A DNA stretch of 64,000 bases, taken from the IMG/VR virus record IMGVR_UViG_3300046323_000234; one strand, written 5' to 3'. The translations under genes and the position numbers were made by a program. The DNA is from a virus. The notes below the pieces were generated by a model. That model was not told the DNA's origin, made no database searches, and saw only the letters and a program-made list of their open reading frames with translations. Every line of letters begins with the position of its first letter. Positions within the stretch are counted from its first letter, which is position 1. Below, piece by piece: positions 29,452-39,079 of this stretch.

Positions 29452-31407
29452 ATGAATAATATTAGTGATTTAGTAACAAATGGTGATTTTTCAGCATTTT
29501 ACGATATTTTCAAAGGAAATCAATCCAAAGATAGTCTTTTAGCTACGTTTAATAAACATAGAAATATGTTTGGATTAGCACCATTGGAGGTATTATCAGA
29601 TTCCAATAATATTATTGGTGGTAAGGCTGATAATAAATCTGTCGAAGATTTAATTAATACCTATGTTGATAAATTGAATAAACCACATGATGTTGTATAT
29701 AAATTAATTAATAAACAAATCCAATTGGGTATTGAAACTGAATTGGAGCATACTAATTCAGAAGAATTGGCTAAAGAAATAGCAATTGATCATATTAGTG
29801 AAAATCCATTATATTATACCAAATTAAAAAAATTTGGATTGGCTGATGAATTAAAAGAAACTAGTGATATTAATAAAAGAGAAATAAATCCAATCGAATA
29901 TGGGTGTTTAATGCTTAATCTTAAAGTTAAGAATTGGAATGAATTATTGGATAGGGTTAAACAAGAAGATGTATATGATGAGATTGGATTTGGTAAAGAA
30001 GATGAACCACATATAACAGTATTATATGGCTTCCATGATAATATCGATGTAGATCTTCTATTGGAAGATGTTAAATCAATAAAAGAACCAATCCAATATA
30101 AATTAACATCTGTTTCATTATTTGAAAATGAATTATATGATGTATTGAAATTCGATGTGGAAAGTGAAGATTTGATTAGATTGAATAAACACTTCAAGGA
30201 GAATTACGAAAATACATCAACATTTCCCAATTATCATCCACATTTAACAATTGCCTATATAAAATCAGGACTTGGAAAGAAATATGTTTTTGATTTAAAA
30301 AAATCAATTGAAGGTAAATCTAGCGATTTAACATATTCAACAGTTAATAAGAAAAAACATCATATTAAATTGGATAAAAAAATTGATGAAATGATTGGCA
30401 TAATGCCCAATTCATCACAAGTTGAAATAAAAAAACAATGCAAACTTGGTGGTAAGTCCGACGGAACTAGTGATGCTTGCAATCAAGGTGATATTAACAA
30501 TATTGAATTAACCAAGATCGATGAAACAAATCCAATAATTGAAAAGAAAAAGAATAAAAAATATAAATCAATTCGCAGACCAATAATGGGATTATATTAT
30601 GGTGCTGGTGCTGCTTATAATAATATAAATAATTATGATGGTGTAAGTGATGGTGGTGGAATGGAAGAATCATATGAGTATAATTTAAATAATAATATTG
30701 AAGATTCGGATATTGGATATGATTTTAAATCTAAAGATGGTTTAGAATATATGGTTAAATTTAGTAAAAAACATAATTTTGGTAAGTCTGGTGATAATAC
30801 ATATCTAGTATCATTTTTTACAGTAAAAAATAATGTAAAAAATTATTCAAGATTAGAAAATATTACTGATAGTATGGCAGTGATGTCAACCATAAAAAAT
30901 GTAATTAATGATTTTATTAATAAAAATGATAATCCATCATTAGTGTATTCACCAGATGCTAGTAGAAGCAAACATAGAATGGCCAAAACAAGAATCTATA
31001 ATGAATTATTTAATAGATTGAACTATACTACACAAGATATTGATAATGGTTACTATATAGCATCACCAAAAAATACATCACATCAAAAAACAATTGATGA
31101 AAATGAAACAAATAATAGATTTGATTTGGAATATGGATTTTTTGAAATATCTCCAAAATTTTCAACAAATGGTTCATTGTTTGTAACACATTTGGAATTA
31201 AATCAAGAAAGTAGAAATAGAGGTTTGTTTAAATCATTATTAAATGATATTATATCATATGCCAAAGAAAATGAATATACTAATATCGTTCTAGAACCAG
31301 ATATTACAAAAGGTAAAGACTATTATAATAAATTGGTAACATTATATAAAAAATATGGATTTAATGAGATTGAAGATGATCCATCATTATTAAAGTTAGA
31401 TTTTTAA
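29452..31407 (+). CDS. multidomain protein: DUF5661-like + 2H phosphodiesterase (Acb1/gp57B-like) + unknown domain + GNAT
   Basis: GIETELEH...AKEIAIDH..E.P.YYTKL; EPHITVLYG and YHPHLTIAY (two HxT); RNRGLFK...LYKKYGF. Confidence 0.75.
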   Translation: MNNISDLVTNGDFSAFYDIFKGNQSKDSLLATFNKHRNMFGLAPLEVLSDSNNIIGGKADNKSVEDLINTYVDKLNKPHDVVYKLINKQIQLGIETELEHTNSEELAKEIAIDHISENPLYYTKLKKFGLADELKETSDINKREINPIEYGCLMLNLKVKNWNELLDRVKQEDVYDEIGFGKEDEPHITVLYGFHDNIDVDLLLEDVKSIKEPIQYKLTSVSLFENELYDVLKFDVESEDLIRLNKHFKENYENTSTFPNYHPHLTIAYIKSGLGKKYVFDLKKSIEGKSSDLTYSTVNKKKHHIKLDKKIDEMIGIMPNSSQVEIKKQCKLGGKSDGTSDACNQGDINNIELTKIDETNPIIEKKKNKKYKSIRRPIMGLYYGAGAAYNNINNYDGVSDGGGMEESYEYNLNNNIEDSDIGYDFKSKDGLEYMVKFSKKHNFGKSGDNTYLVSFFTVKNNVKNYSRLENITDSMAVMSTIKNVINDFINKNDNPSLVYSPDASRSKHRMAKTRIYNELFNRLNYTTQDIDNGYYIASPKNTSHQKTIDENETNNRFDLEYGFFEISPKFSTNGSLFVTHLELNQESRNRGLFKSLLNDIISYAKENEYTNIVLEPDITKGKDYYNKLVTLYKKYGFNEIEDDPSLLKLDF

Positions 31408-31411
31408 ATAA

Positions 31412-32668
31412 ATGGCTAATATATATTTCAGTAAAAACGGCACATGGTATGATGCTTGCGATAGTTCAATATCCAAGAGTGGTACTTGGTATGATTTATC
31501 ATCCGTAGGTGGTTTTTCTGTATGTAAAAATGGTGTTTGGTATACTAATGAGTGTACATTCATTATACCAGCATTAGGTGGTTTTGATAATTTAATTAGA
31601 GAAATTACATATAAAAATAATAAATATTATATTGGTGGTGATTTTACAACATATAGTGGTACTACCACACCAACAGGAATAACTAAAAATAGGTTTATTG
31701 TATTAAATTCGGATGGTAGTATTGATAATACTGTTGAAATTGGGGATGGATTTAATAATACAATTAGAACAATATCATTTGATAATACAAAAATTTTAAT
31801 CGGTGGACAATTTACTACATACAGTGGTGTAACGTATAATAGAATCATTAAATTAAATTCTAATGGTTCAATTGATAATACGTTTCAGATTGGAAATGGA
31901 ATACAAGCTGGTGCAAATGCTGTTTTAAATTTTTTAAAAACTGCTGATAATGGTTATATTGTTACTGGTGACTTTGAAACATATAGCGGCATTACTAAAG
32001 GAAATATTGTAAAAATATTTAATAATGGTGAAATTGATAGCACATTTAAAATGGGTGTTGGTGTTGATGATGCTAATGATGTAATTAATTCAATATCTAT
32101 TGATAGTTCTGATAGAATATTAGTTGCAGGTAGATTTAGTACATATAGTGGTCTTACAGTAAATAACATATTTAGAATTAATTCAGATGGTTCAATTGAT
32201 AATACTTTCCCATTAAATGGTACAAATAATAGTGTTAGTAATGTTGATATTGATTCGGATGGAAATATATATCTTGCTGGTGTTTTTAGTTCATATAGTG
32301 GTATAACGTATGATAATTTAGTTAAATTAAAGTCAAATGGATATCCTGATGAAAGTTTTATTAATTATGGATTTAGTGGTACAATTAATTCAATCAAAAC
32401 ACAAACCAATAATAAATTATTGGTGGGAGGTTCAATAACATCATATAGTGGTATTTCTGTAAATGGTTTGGTTAGATTAAATAGTAATGGCGATTTTGAT
32501 CACACGTTAAATATTAATGATGGTTTTAATTTTGGTAGTATTGTTCGTGTAATTGAAACAATTGGTAATGACAAGATTATAATGGGCGGTACTTTTTCTA
32601 CATATAATAATGAATTAGCTAGAAATATTGTATTAATCTCATCTGGTGGTACTAGAATTTCAACATAA
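31412..32668 (+). CDS. delta-60-type repeat beta-propeller protein, probably virion-associated
   Basis: Seven repeats GG.F..YSG....I..LNS.G.ID.TF. Confidence 0.8.
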   Translation: MANIYFSKNGTWYDACDSSISKSGTWYDLSSVGGFSVCKNGVWYTNECTFIIPALGGFDNLIREITYKNNKYYIGGDFTTYSGTTTPTGITKNRFIVLNSDGSIDNTVEIGDGFNNTIRTISFDNTKILIGGQFTTYSGVTYNRIIKLNSNGSIDNTFQIGNGIQAGANAVLNFLKTADNGYIVTGDFETYSGITKGNIVKIFNNGEIDSTFKMGVGVDDANDVINSISIDSSDRILVAGRFSTYSGLTVNNIFRINSDGSIDNTFPLNGTNNSVSNVDIDSDGNIYLAGVFSSYSGITYDNLVKLKSNGYPDESFINYGFSGTINSIKTQTNNKLLVGGSITSYSGISVNGLVRLNSNGDFDHTLNINDGFNFGSIVRVIETIGNDKIIMGGTFSTYNNELARNIVLISSGGTRIST

Positions 32669-32712
32669 TTAATAATATATTTAAAACTATTTATATAAAA
32701 GAAATTTAATTA

Positions 32713-33486
32713 ATGGAAAAGGCAGCATATACAAATATATTAAAACCAAGTCATTTACCACAGGTAACTGCACCATATTCATATGTTGTTAATGGGTTAA
32801 AATCCAACAATATACCATCAAAGATGTTGAATTTACCAATTGCTGGTGTTAAGCCAATGCAAAAATTTATCAATTCAGATAGTGTTTCATTCTTTTTGGA
32901 TAAGATAAAAGACAATGAGGTTTTAAAACCAATATACGTTTCCAAAGATAATGAAATTATTGATGGACATCATAGATATGCTGGAGCAGCATTAGATAAT
33001 CCAAACGGAACAATAATGGTTATTAGGTTAGATACTGACTATGACAATAGTGTTCGTTCATTAAACAAGATTCAAGATATCTATACACACGAAAGTGGAA
33101 AGAAAGAAGAAGAATGTACTGATTGTGAGAATGAATCAAATCCAAATACCCCAAACCAAAAAGTGATTATTGGATATAGGAATAAACCAATGGTTGAGAA
33201 TAGTAAATCAGGTAATTTCTTTAACATTAAAGACACTGAAGATAAAAAATTCCCATATAAATACGAAATTGAATTTGATAACATATTGGAATTGGATCAA
33301 AGCTATGAGAATGAAAATGTAAAGAAGATTTGTTCGGAGTGGCATGATATGCAGAAGATAAATGAAACATCGGTAAATAAATCATTACCATTTGATGTTT
33401 TGGTTTCAAGAATGGTTGTTGAAAGGGCAAAGAAGATGGGTTATGATGGGATTAAATACGGAGAAAAATATATACAAACTTTATAA
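32713..33486 (+). CDS. ParB-like domain plus degenerate ART-like C-terminal domain
   Basis: KPIYVS...IIDGHHR; C-terminal IIGYR...GNFF...KKMGYDGIKY. Confidence 0.65.
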   Translation: MEKAAYTNILKPSHLPQVTAPYSYVVNGLKSNNIPSKMLNLPIAGVKPMQKFINSDSVSFFLDKIKDNEVLKPIYVSKDNEIIDGHHRYAGAALDNPNGTIMVIRLDTDYDNSVRSLNKIQDIYTHESGKKEEECTDCENESNPNTPNQKVIIGYRNKPMVENSKSGNFFNIKDTEDKKFPYKYEIEFDNILELDQSYENENVKKICSEWHDMQKINETSVNKSLPFDVLVSRMVVERAKKMGYDGIKYGEKYIQTL

Positions 33487-33488
33487 TA

Positions 33489-33935
33489 ATGGCATTTAAA
33501 ATTAAAAATATAACAAACACATTAAACGGTAAACATCCATCGTTTAATACCACTATTGATGTTAAATATAACATTAAATTTAGGTGGTACACACAAAAGA
33601 TTAGACCTGATCAAGAAACAATTTTAGCAGTTAATGATTTACCATTAGAATTGCATAAATTAAGAATTAAAGGTTTAATAAACGTTATTCAGATCAGTGA
33701 TAACGAATATGAGCAAACCAAACTAAAAAGTGAACGTTTTCTATATGGTGATACCAGAAAGAAAGTTGAAACCAAAATGGTTGATTCACCAATCCAAAAA
33801 TCGTCTGAATCGGTTGATTTTATGGAAGCTGTCAAAGAATATGTTAAGCATGAAAATGAATTAGCACAAGTTGAAGATAGTTTACCAGAATTAGAGGCTG
33901 ATAGTACAAAATCAAAGAAAAAGAAAACAGAGTAA
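33489..33935 (+). CDS. hypothetical protein
   Basis: ORF in operon with codon usage typical of the genome. Confidence 0.55.
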   Translation: MAFKIKNITNTLNGKHPSFNTTIDVKYNIKFRWYTQKIRPDQETILAVNDLPLELHKLRIKGLINVIQISDNEYEQTKLKSERFLYGDTRKKVETKMVDSPIQKSSESVDFMEAVKEYVKHENELAQVEDSLPELEADSTKSKKKKTE

Positions 33936-33938
33936 TAT

Positions 33939-34283
33939 ATGAAGACCAAGACTGGAAAAAGTAGAATGTTCCAATTAATGGAAAACATTGATCCATCATT
34001 CAAAAACAAAAAGAAATTAAATGAAAATAAAGATGATTTGATTGGTTATGATATTCCAGAATGGGCAGTATCAGCATTAATTAATGGTGATGATAGTGGA
34101 TTATCGGATGAAGATATTCAAAAATTAAATAAATTTGAGCAAGAAGTTGTATCACAATATGGTAATGCACATTTCATGGCTGGTGATATGGAGAGTGAAG
34201 ATAATTTAGGATTCATGCGTAGTAACGATATCGACAATTTAGGTTCAAACGTTTACAGATTATATATAGATCCGAGAAAATAA
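33939..34283 (+). CDS. hypothetical protein with leader plus DUF6926-like domain
   Basis: IPEWAVSALINGDDSGLSDED; leader ends LMEN...LNE. Confidence 0.5.
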   Translation: MKTKTGKSRMFQLMENIDPSFKNKKKLNENKDDLIGYDIPEWAVSALINGDDSGLSDEDIQKLNKFEQEVVSQYGNAHFMAGDMESEDNLGFMRSNDIDNLGSNVYRLYIDPRK

Positions 34284-34359
34284 AAATATTTTATTATTTT
34301 TTATAAAATTTTATATTTTTTTATAAATACTAACTATTTATATAAAAGTATATAAATTT

Positions 34360-35706
34360 ATGTCAAAACTAAAAGTTTTATTTCATACAACAGATGAGGC
34401 TGGTGTAAAATATTTCAGAATATTAATGCCAGCATTACAATTACAAAATGATTATTCGGATGATTTTGAAGTTGAATTAAATCACACACCAGAGTTAAAT
34501 GATTTTGAATATTTAAGAAAATTCAACATCATACATTTCCATAGACAATTTTTGAATGATATTGTTAAGCAACGTGAATTGTTTGATAAATTAAAAAAAG
34601 AGGGTGTTAAACTTGTTGCTGATATTGATGATTATTGGGAATTGGATAAGACACATCCATACCATGCAATTTCTTTGCAAGAAAGAATGCCTGAGAGGGT
34701 AATTCAGTCATTGAAGATGGCCGATTTTGTAACAACAACTACTGAATTGTTTGCTGAACAAATCCGAAAACATAATAAAAATGTAGTGGTATTGTTTAAT
34801 AGTGTCAATCCCGAATTGATGCCACAATTTAAGGACAATAGAAAAAAAGATTCAGATAAGTTAAGATTAATATATAGTGCTGGATCAAGCCACTTAAATG
34901 ATGTACATCAATTGGATGGTATGTCAAATATTCTACAATCTGATGAGCAAGTTAAGGATAAAATAAAATATATGCTTGCTGGTTGGGATATTAGAGGGAA
35001 TACAACAACCTATAACATCAATCCACAATTGCCCGATGTATTGCAGAAGGTTGGTTTATGGACACAACAATTTATAGCTAAATTTAATAAAGCTGGTGGT
35101 AATTTGGATTTAATTCCAGAAGTTCCACAACAAATTAAAGATGCTTTTAGAAATCAATCTATAAATCAAGAAACTAGACCAATTAAACCAGAAGAATCAG
35201 TATATTTACAATATGAACATATTATGACAGATAATCATAAGATTATAACTGATAAATCATATTTACAATATTTGAATAAGTTTGGACAAGAGAAATATCA
35301 TAGTGATGATGTACAACCATATGTAAGAAGATGGACAAGGCCAGCTAACGTATATGCTAACGTATTGAATGAAGCTGACGTATCATTAGCACCATTGGCT
35401 GATAATATGTTTAACCGCATGAAAAGCTCGCTCAAGCAGATTGAAGTTTGGACTAGAAAGTTACCAATTATTTGTAGTGATATTCCACCATATAATGTGG
35501 ATGGACATCATATGAAAAACTGTATTTTAATTCCAGTTGGTAAAAATTCTGGAAAAGAATGGGCAAAGGCTGTTAAGAAATTAATATTAAATCCAGCACT
35601 TGGTGAAGATTTGGGTAACCAGATGCATGAAGACTTTAAGGAGAAATATAATTTAATTCATGTAACCAAAACAAGATCAGAGTTTTATAAATCAATTACA
35701 AAATAA
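34360..35706 (+). CDS. GT-B fold glycosyltransferase (GT4-like), late-expressed
   Basis: GVKYFRILMP, DIDDYW, VTTTT..FA, DVSLAPL..N.FN.MKS.LK..E, PIICSD.PPY; late motif at 34332. Confidence 0.85.
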   Translation: MSKLKVLFHTTDEAGVKYFRILMPALQLQNDYSDDFEVELNHTPELNDFEYLRKFNIIHFHRQFLNDIVKQRELFDKLKKEGVKLVADIDDYWELDKTHPYHAISLQERMPERVIQSLKMADFVTTTTELFAEQIRKHNKNVVVLFNSVNPELMPQFKDNRKKDSDKLRLIYSAGSSHLNDVHQLDGMSNILQSDEQVKDKIKYMLAGWDIRGNTTTYNINPQLPDVLQKVGLWTQQFIAKFNKAGGNLDLIPEVPQQIKDAFRNQSINQETRPIKPEESVYLQYEHIMTDNHKIITDKSYLQYLNKFGQEKYHSDDVQPYVRRWTRPANVYANVLNEADVSLAPLADNMFNRMKSSLKQIEVWTRKLPIICSDIPPYNVDGHHMKNCILIPVGKNSGKEWAKAVKKLILNPALGEDLGNQMHEDFKEKYNLIHVTKTRSEFYKSITK

Positions 35707-35734
35707 TCAATAACTATTTATAAAAAATAATAAA

Positions 35735-35887
35735 ATGGATCAAAAACGAATCGATAAAATAAAAAGAGAATTTAAATATTTTGAATTGGATATTAAATGT
35801 GGTATTCTAATTCTTTTGATTGATATTGCTGACATTTTTGATTCATTTAAATTATTTATAACAGATTATATAATTAATGTCAAATAG
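35735..35887 (+). CDS. small hypothetical protein (50 aa, not in ORF track)
   Basis: MDQKRIDKIKREF...INVK*, 12 nt after the late motif at 35712. Confidence 0.5.
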   Translation: MDQKRIDKIKREFKYFELDIKCGILILLIDIADIFDSFKLFITDYIINVK

Positions 35888-36677
35888 TAATAATATCTCA
35901 AATGAAGATGAAAAGAAATTCCTAAAGGTTTGGGAATTTCTACCAAAAGATGTAAAAGATTTCTTTAGTTCAATAGCAATATCAGTATCAATGGGATTGA
36001 GTAATGTTGAAAAGGAAATCTTTTCACAAGATAATGGCACTGATACTGGTAACCATATGCAGCAAAACAATAGTGTTGCAAAAGATTTTCTACAAAATCT
36101 AAAAGGTGGTGTTAGAGATGAACAATATATTAAATATTTTTATGAGGTTTTACAAAAGGCTGATAACTATATCCAAAATAGTGATAGCAATAAACTAAAT
36201 GAAGCTAGGATTAAATATGGAATGATTGATGAAGGTGATAATTCATTTGAATTTGGAACAAAAAATCATACAGTAAAAGAAAAGGATGAAAATATTGAAA
36301 TAGTATTTAAAAACTCATATACTGTTAGAAACCAATATGAAGTATTTATGGGAGCACCAGAAATAAGAGTATATATGCTGAATGTAAACGGTGCTGTAAA
36401 TAGATACTATACATTAGGTGAATATACTGAATATTTAGAGGTTATTAAAACATCTAATCATAATCGCAAACTTAGATTCTTTGTGCCAAAGACTTTTGGA
36501 TTTGATGGAAAGAACTTTACCATGATGGATGATTTTGTTGATTGTAAATATGTTTCATTCACCAATCAAAACGGAATGAAGTATTATTATAATGTTGATA
36601 GCTTTGTTAATATAGAATCCAATGAACTATATTATATATTATCTTTTAATGGTAATAAATTGGATGTTCAATATTAA
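35877..36677 (+). CDS. hypothetical protein
   Basis: 266-aa ORF. Confidence 0.6.
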   Translation: MSNSNNISNEDEKKFLKVWEFLPKDVKDFFSSIAISVSMGLSNVEKEIFSQDNGTDTGNHMQQNNSVAKDFLQNLKGGVRDEQYIKYFYEVLQKADNYIQNSDSNKLNEARIKYGMIDEGDNSFEFGTKNHTVKEKDENIEIVFKNSYTVRNQYEVFMGAPEIRVYMLNVNGAVNRYYTLGEYTEYLEVIKTSNHNRKLRFFVPKTFGFDGKNFTMMDDFVDCKYVSFTNQNGMKYYYNVDSFVNIESNELYYILSFNGNKLDVQY

Positions 36678-36680
36678 AAA

Positions 36681-36712
36681 TTTGCATTATTGGATTTGAT
36701 TGGTTAATATTG
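36681..36712 (+). promoter_or_regulatory. Bacteroidota-type promoter
   Basis: TTTG-N20-TAATATTG; supports the start at ATG 36742. Confidence 0.55.
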
Positions 36713-36741
36713 TTTTTAATTTAAAACAAAATATAACAATT

Positions 36742-37179
36742 ATGGCAAAGCAGTATGAATCACCCGAAAAGGAAACATTAAAATCATTCAATCACATCTA
36801 TGATAAAACAAATCTTGATAATTTTATTAAGGTAACGGTATTGGTTGATAACTCACAAAAGGAAATTTATAAAGTAGTAAAAGAAAATGATCTACATAAA
36901 TATCTTGGAGGATTTGATGTTGTAATTATTTTAAATGAAGAACTATTTGATGTTCTTGATGAAAAACAAAAAGAACAAGTATTTGATGAAGCACTATGTG
37001 GAATCTCATATAATGATGAGCGTGGTGTAGTTAAAATCACACAACCAGATTTCACAACCTTTAGAGGTATTATTGAAAAATATGGTTATGATGAAGTGAT
37101 TAGATTACAAGATAGTATTAAAATAGCCACACAACAAAATGATGAAAAAGAATTAGAAATGAACCATATTACCCAATAA
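36742..37179 (+). CDS. phage metallopeptidase-like protein lacking HExxH
   Basis: DVVIILNEELFD.L...Q...FDEAL.GI...PD...F..I..KYG. Confidence 0.55.
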   Translation: MAKQYESPEKETLKSFNHIYDKTNLDNFIKVTVLVDNSQKEIYKVVKENDLHKYLGGFDVVIILNEELFDVLDEKQKEQVFDEALCGISYNDERGVVKITQPDFTTFRGIIEKYGYDEVIRLQDSIKIATQQNDEKELEMNHITQ

Positions 37180-37207
37180 TATTAAAATAATTCTATTTTA
37201 AACCACT

Positions 37208-37241
37208 AAAATCCAATAAATTAAATTTTGTTGGATTTTTT
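37208..37241 (+). terminator. intrinsic terminator
   Basis: AAAATCCAATA...TGTTGGATTTTTT. Confidence 0.65.
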
Positions 37242-37299
37242 ATTTAATAATTTGCTTTAATTAACAATTAATCTGATTTTTGTTAAAACAATTAATAAA

Positions 37300-37551
37300 A
37301 TGAAAAAATACACATTTGTTGAATTTATTGCAGCTCACGAATCTGACGACTTTGATAACATTGATCAATCTTCTTTGGATTGGGCAAAAAGTTTTATATC
37401 TTATTATCCAATGTTATTGGAAACAGAATATCATTCAGGAGACTGTACAAACCAAATCCATAGTTGTCCCTTGTGTGTTCTAGAAACATATTTGGCTGAC
37501 TATAGAAAATATAATTTTGACGAGGCCGAGTGGCGATATAACAACTTATAA
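37300..37551 (+). CDS. small Zn-binding hypothetical protein
   Basis: HSGDC...CPLC. Confidence 0.6.
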   Translation: MKKYTFVEFIAAHESDDFDNIDQSSLDWAKSFISYYPMLLETEYHSGDCTNQIHSCPLCVLETYLADYRKYNFDEAEWRYNNL

Positions 37552-37563
37552 TTCAATGTTACA

Positions 37564-38016
37564 ATGACCAAAAAAAATATTAAAAGATTACCAAATTATG
37601 TGATGATGGGAAATACTGCATTTAGATTGGTGTTGACCGATAATTTATTTGAATATTATCGAGATGGTGGTTGTTGGGGAATAAAAGCTAAATGGATTAA
37701 TAATGAACTATATTCAGTAAATATGTATGGTCGTGATATGAAACATTTGGGTGGTAATAAATTAACTGAATGTACATTTGAGGTATGGAAAGAAAATAAT
37801 GGTCAATATGCTTCTGGGATTAAAGACAAATCCAAAAGCGAATATGTTTTATTGATTGAGGAAAGAATATTAGAATATAATAAACTATTAAATGTAACCA
37901 AACAAGGAATGGATTATTATACATTAAATGGAAAAATTGTTGATGTTCTACAAGAATTGTTAAGTGATATTCTTTATATTGAAAACGAAAAAACGGATAA
38001 TGATATCCCATTTTAA
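37564..38016 (+). CDS. hypothetical protein with SSB-like C-terminal tail
   Basis: Ends TDNDIPF. Confidence 0.6.
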   Translation: MTKKNIKRLPNYVMMGNTAFRLVLTDNLFEYYRDGGCWGIKAKWINNELYSVNMYGRDMKHLGGNKLTECTFEVWKENNGQYASGIKDKSKSEYVLLIEERILEYNKLLNVTKQGMDYYTLNGKIVDVLQELLSDILYIENEKTDNDIPF

Positions 38017-38027
38017 TAATAATAATT

Positions 38028-38243
38028 ATGTCAAAGAAACTAAAAACGCTAGAAGAAAATAATGCTCAAGCATTTCAATTCAGCAATCAATTTTCAAATG
38101 CACCACAACCTAATGGTGTTGAATGCCCACAATGCAAAAGTGAGTTATTGGATTCAAATCCAATGATGACTTTAACATCAATTCCAGCAAAAAAAAATAT
38201 ACATTGCAATCAGTGTGATTATGTTGGATATAGATTTGTTTAA
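38028..38243 (+). CDS. Zn-ribbon protein
   Basis: CPQC...CNQC. Confidence 0.7.
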   Translation: MSKKLKTLEENNAQAFQFSNQFSNAPQPNGVECPQCKSELLDSNPMMTLTSIPAKKNIHCNQCDYVGYRFV

Positions 38244-38260
38244 TTAATATTATAAAAATA

Positions 38261-39073
38261 ATGAGCAATAAGATAGATGGTGGTGGACTTCGTTATAACG
38301 AAGGTAAATTAAGATATGATTTAATTCCCAATTTTGCTGAAAAAGAATTTGTTAAGGTTTTGACTTATGGTGCAAATAAGTATGCACCTAACAATTGGAA
38401 AAGGGGTATGGATTGGAGTAAGGTACTTGCTTCATTAAAAAGACATATAGCAGCATTTGAAAATGGGGAGGATTTTGATCCTGAGACTTTTTCACATCAC
38501 ATGGCACACGTTATGTGTAATGCAGCATTTTTGGTTGAATACAGCAAGATATATCCACAAGGTGATAATAGACATCATAAGTATTTAAAAATGCCCAAGA
38601 TTGGACTTGATATTGATGAAGTCCTAGCGGATTGGGTTGGTCATTGGTCAAAGCATCATAAACAAGAAGTTCCAGAAACATGGAATTTTGATAGAGATAT
38701 AAAATCCAAATTTGATTCATTAAAAGATGATAAGGAATTTTGGTTATCTATACCAGTTAAAACAAATCCAAACGAAATTCATTTTGAACCGCACTGCTAC
38801 ATCACATCAAGATCAATTCCAAAAGAGTGGACTGAAGAATGGCTCGATAAAAATGGATTTCCAACCATGCCAGTATATTGTGTTGGATTCGAACAAAGCA
38901 AGGTTGATATAGCAAAACAATCTGGGATTGACATTTTTGTTGATGATAGATTTGAAAACTTTGTTGAATTAAATAATGCAGGTATCTGCTGTTATTTGTT
39001 TGATGCACCACATAATCAAAGATATAATGTGGGTTATAAAAGAATTAAATCATTATCAGAATTGTTTAATTAA
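38261..39073 (+). CDS. dATP/dGTP diphosphohydrolase (DUF5664) fused to HAD-family 5'(3')-nucleotidase
   Basis: GKLRYDLIP..VLTYGANKY..NW..RH..GED.DPE...HMAH..CNA.FL; then IGLDIDEVLAD, ITSR, K, FVDD. Confidence 0.85.
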   Translation: MSNKIDGGGLRYNEGKLRYDLIPNFAEKEFVKVLTYGANKYAPNNWKRGMDWSKVLASLKRHIAAFENGEDFDPETFSHHMAHVMCNAAFLVEYSKIYPQGDNRHHKYLKMPKIGLDIDEVLADWVGHWSKHHKQEVPETWNFDRDIKSKFDSLKDDKEFWLSIPVKTNPNEIHFEPHCYITSRSIPKEWTEEWLDKNGFPTMPVYCVGFEQSKVDIAKQSGIDIFVDDRFENFVELNNAGICCYLFDAPHNQRYNVGYKRIKSLSELFN

Positions 39074-39079
39074 TATAGT

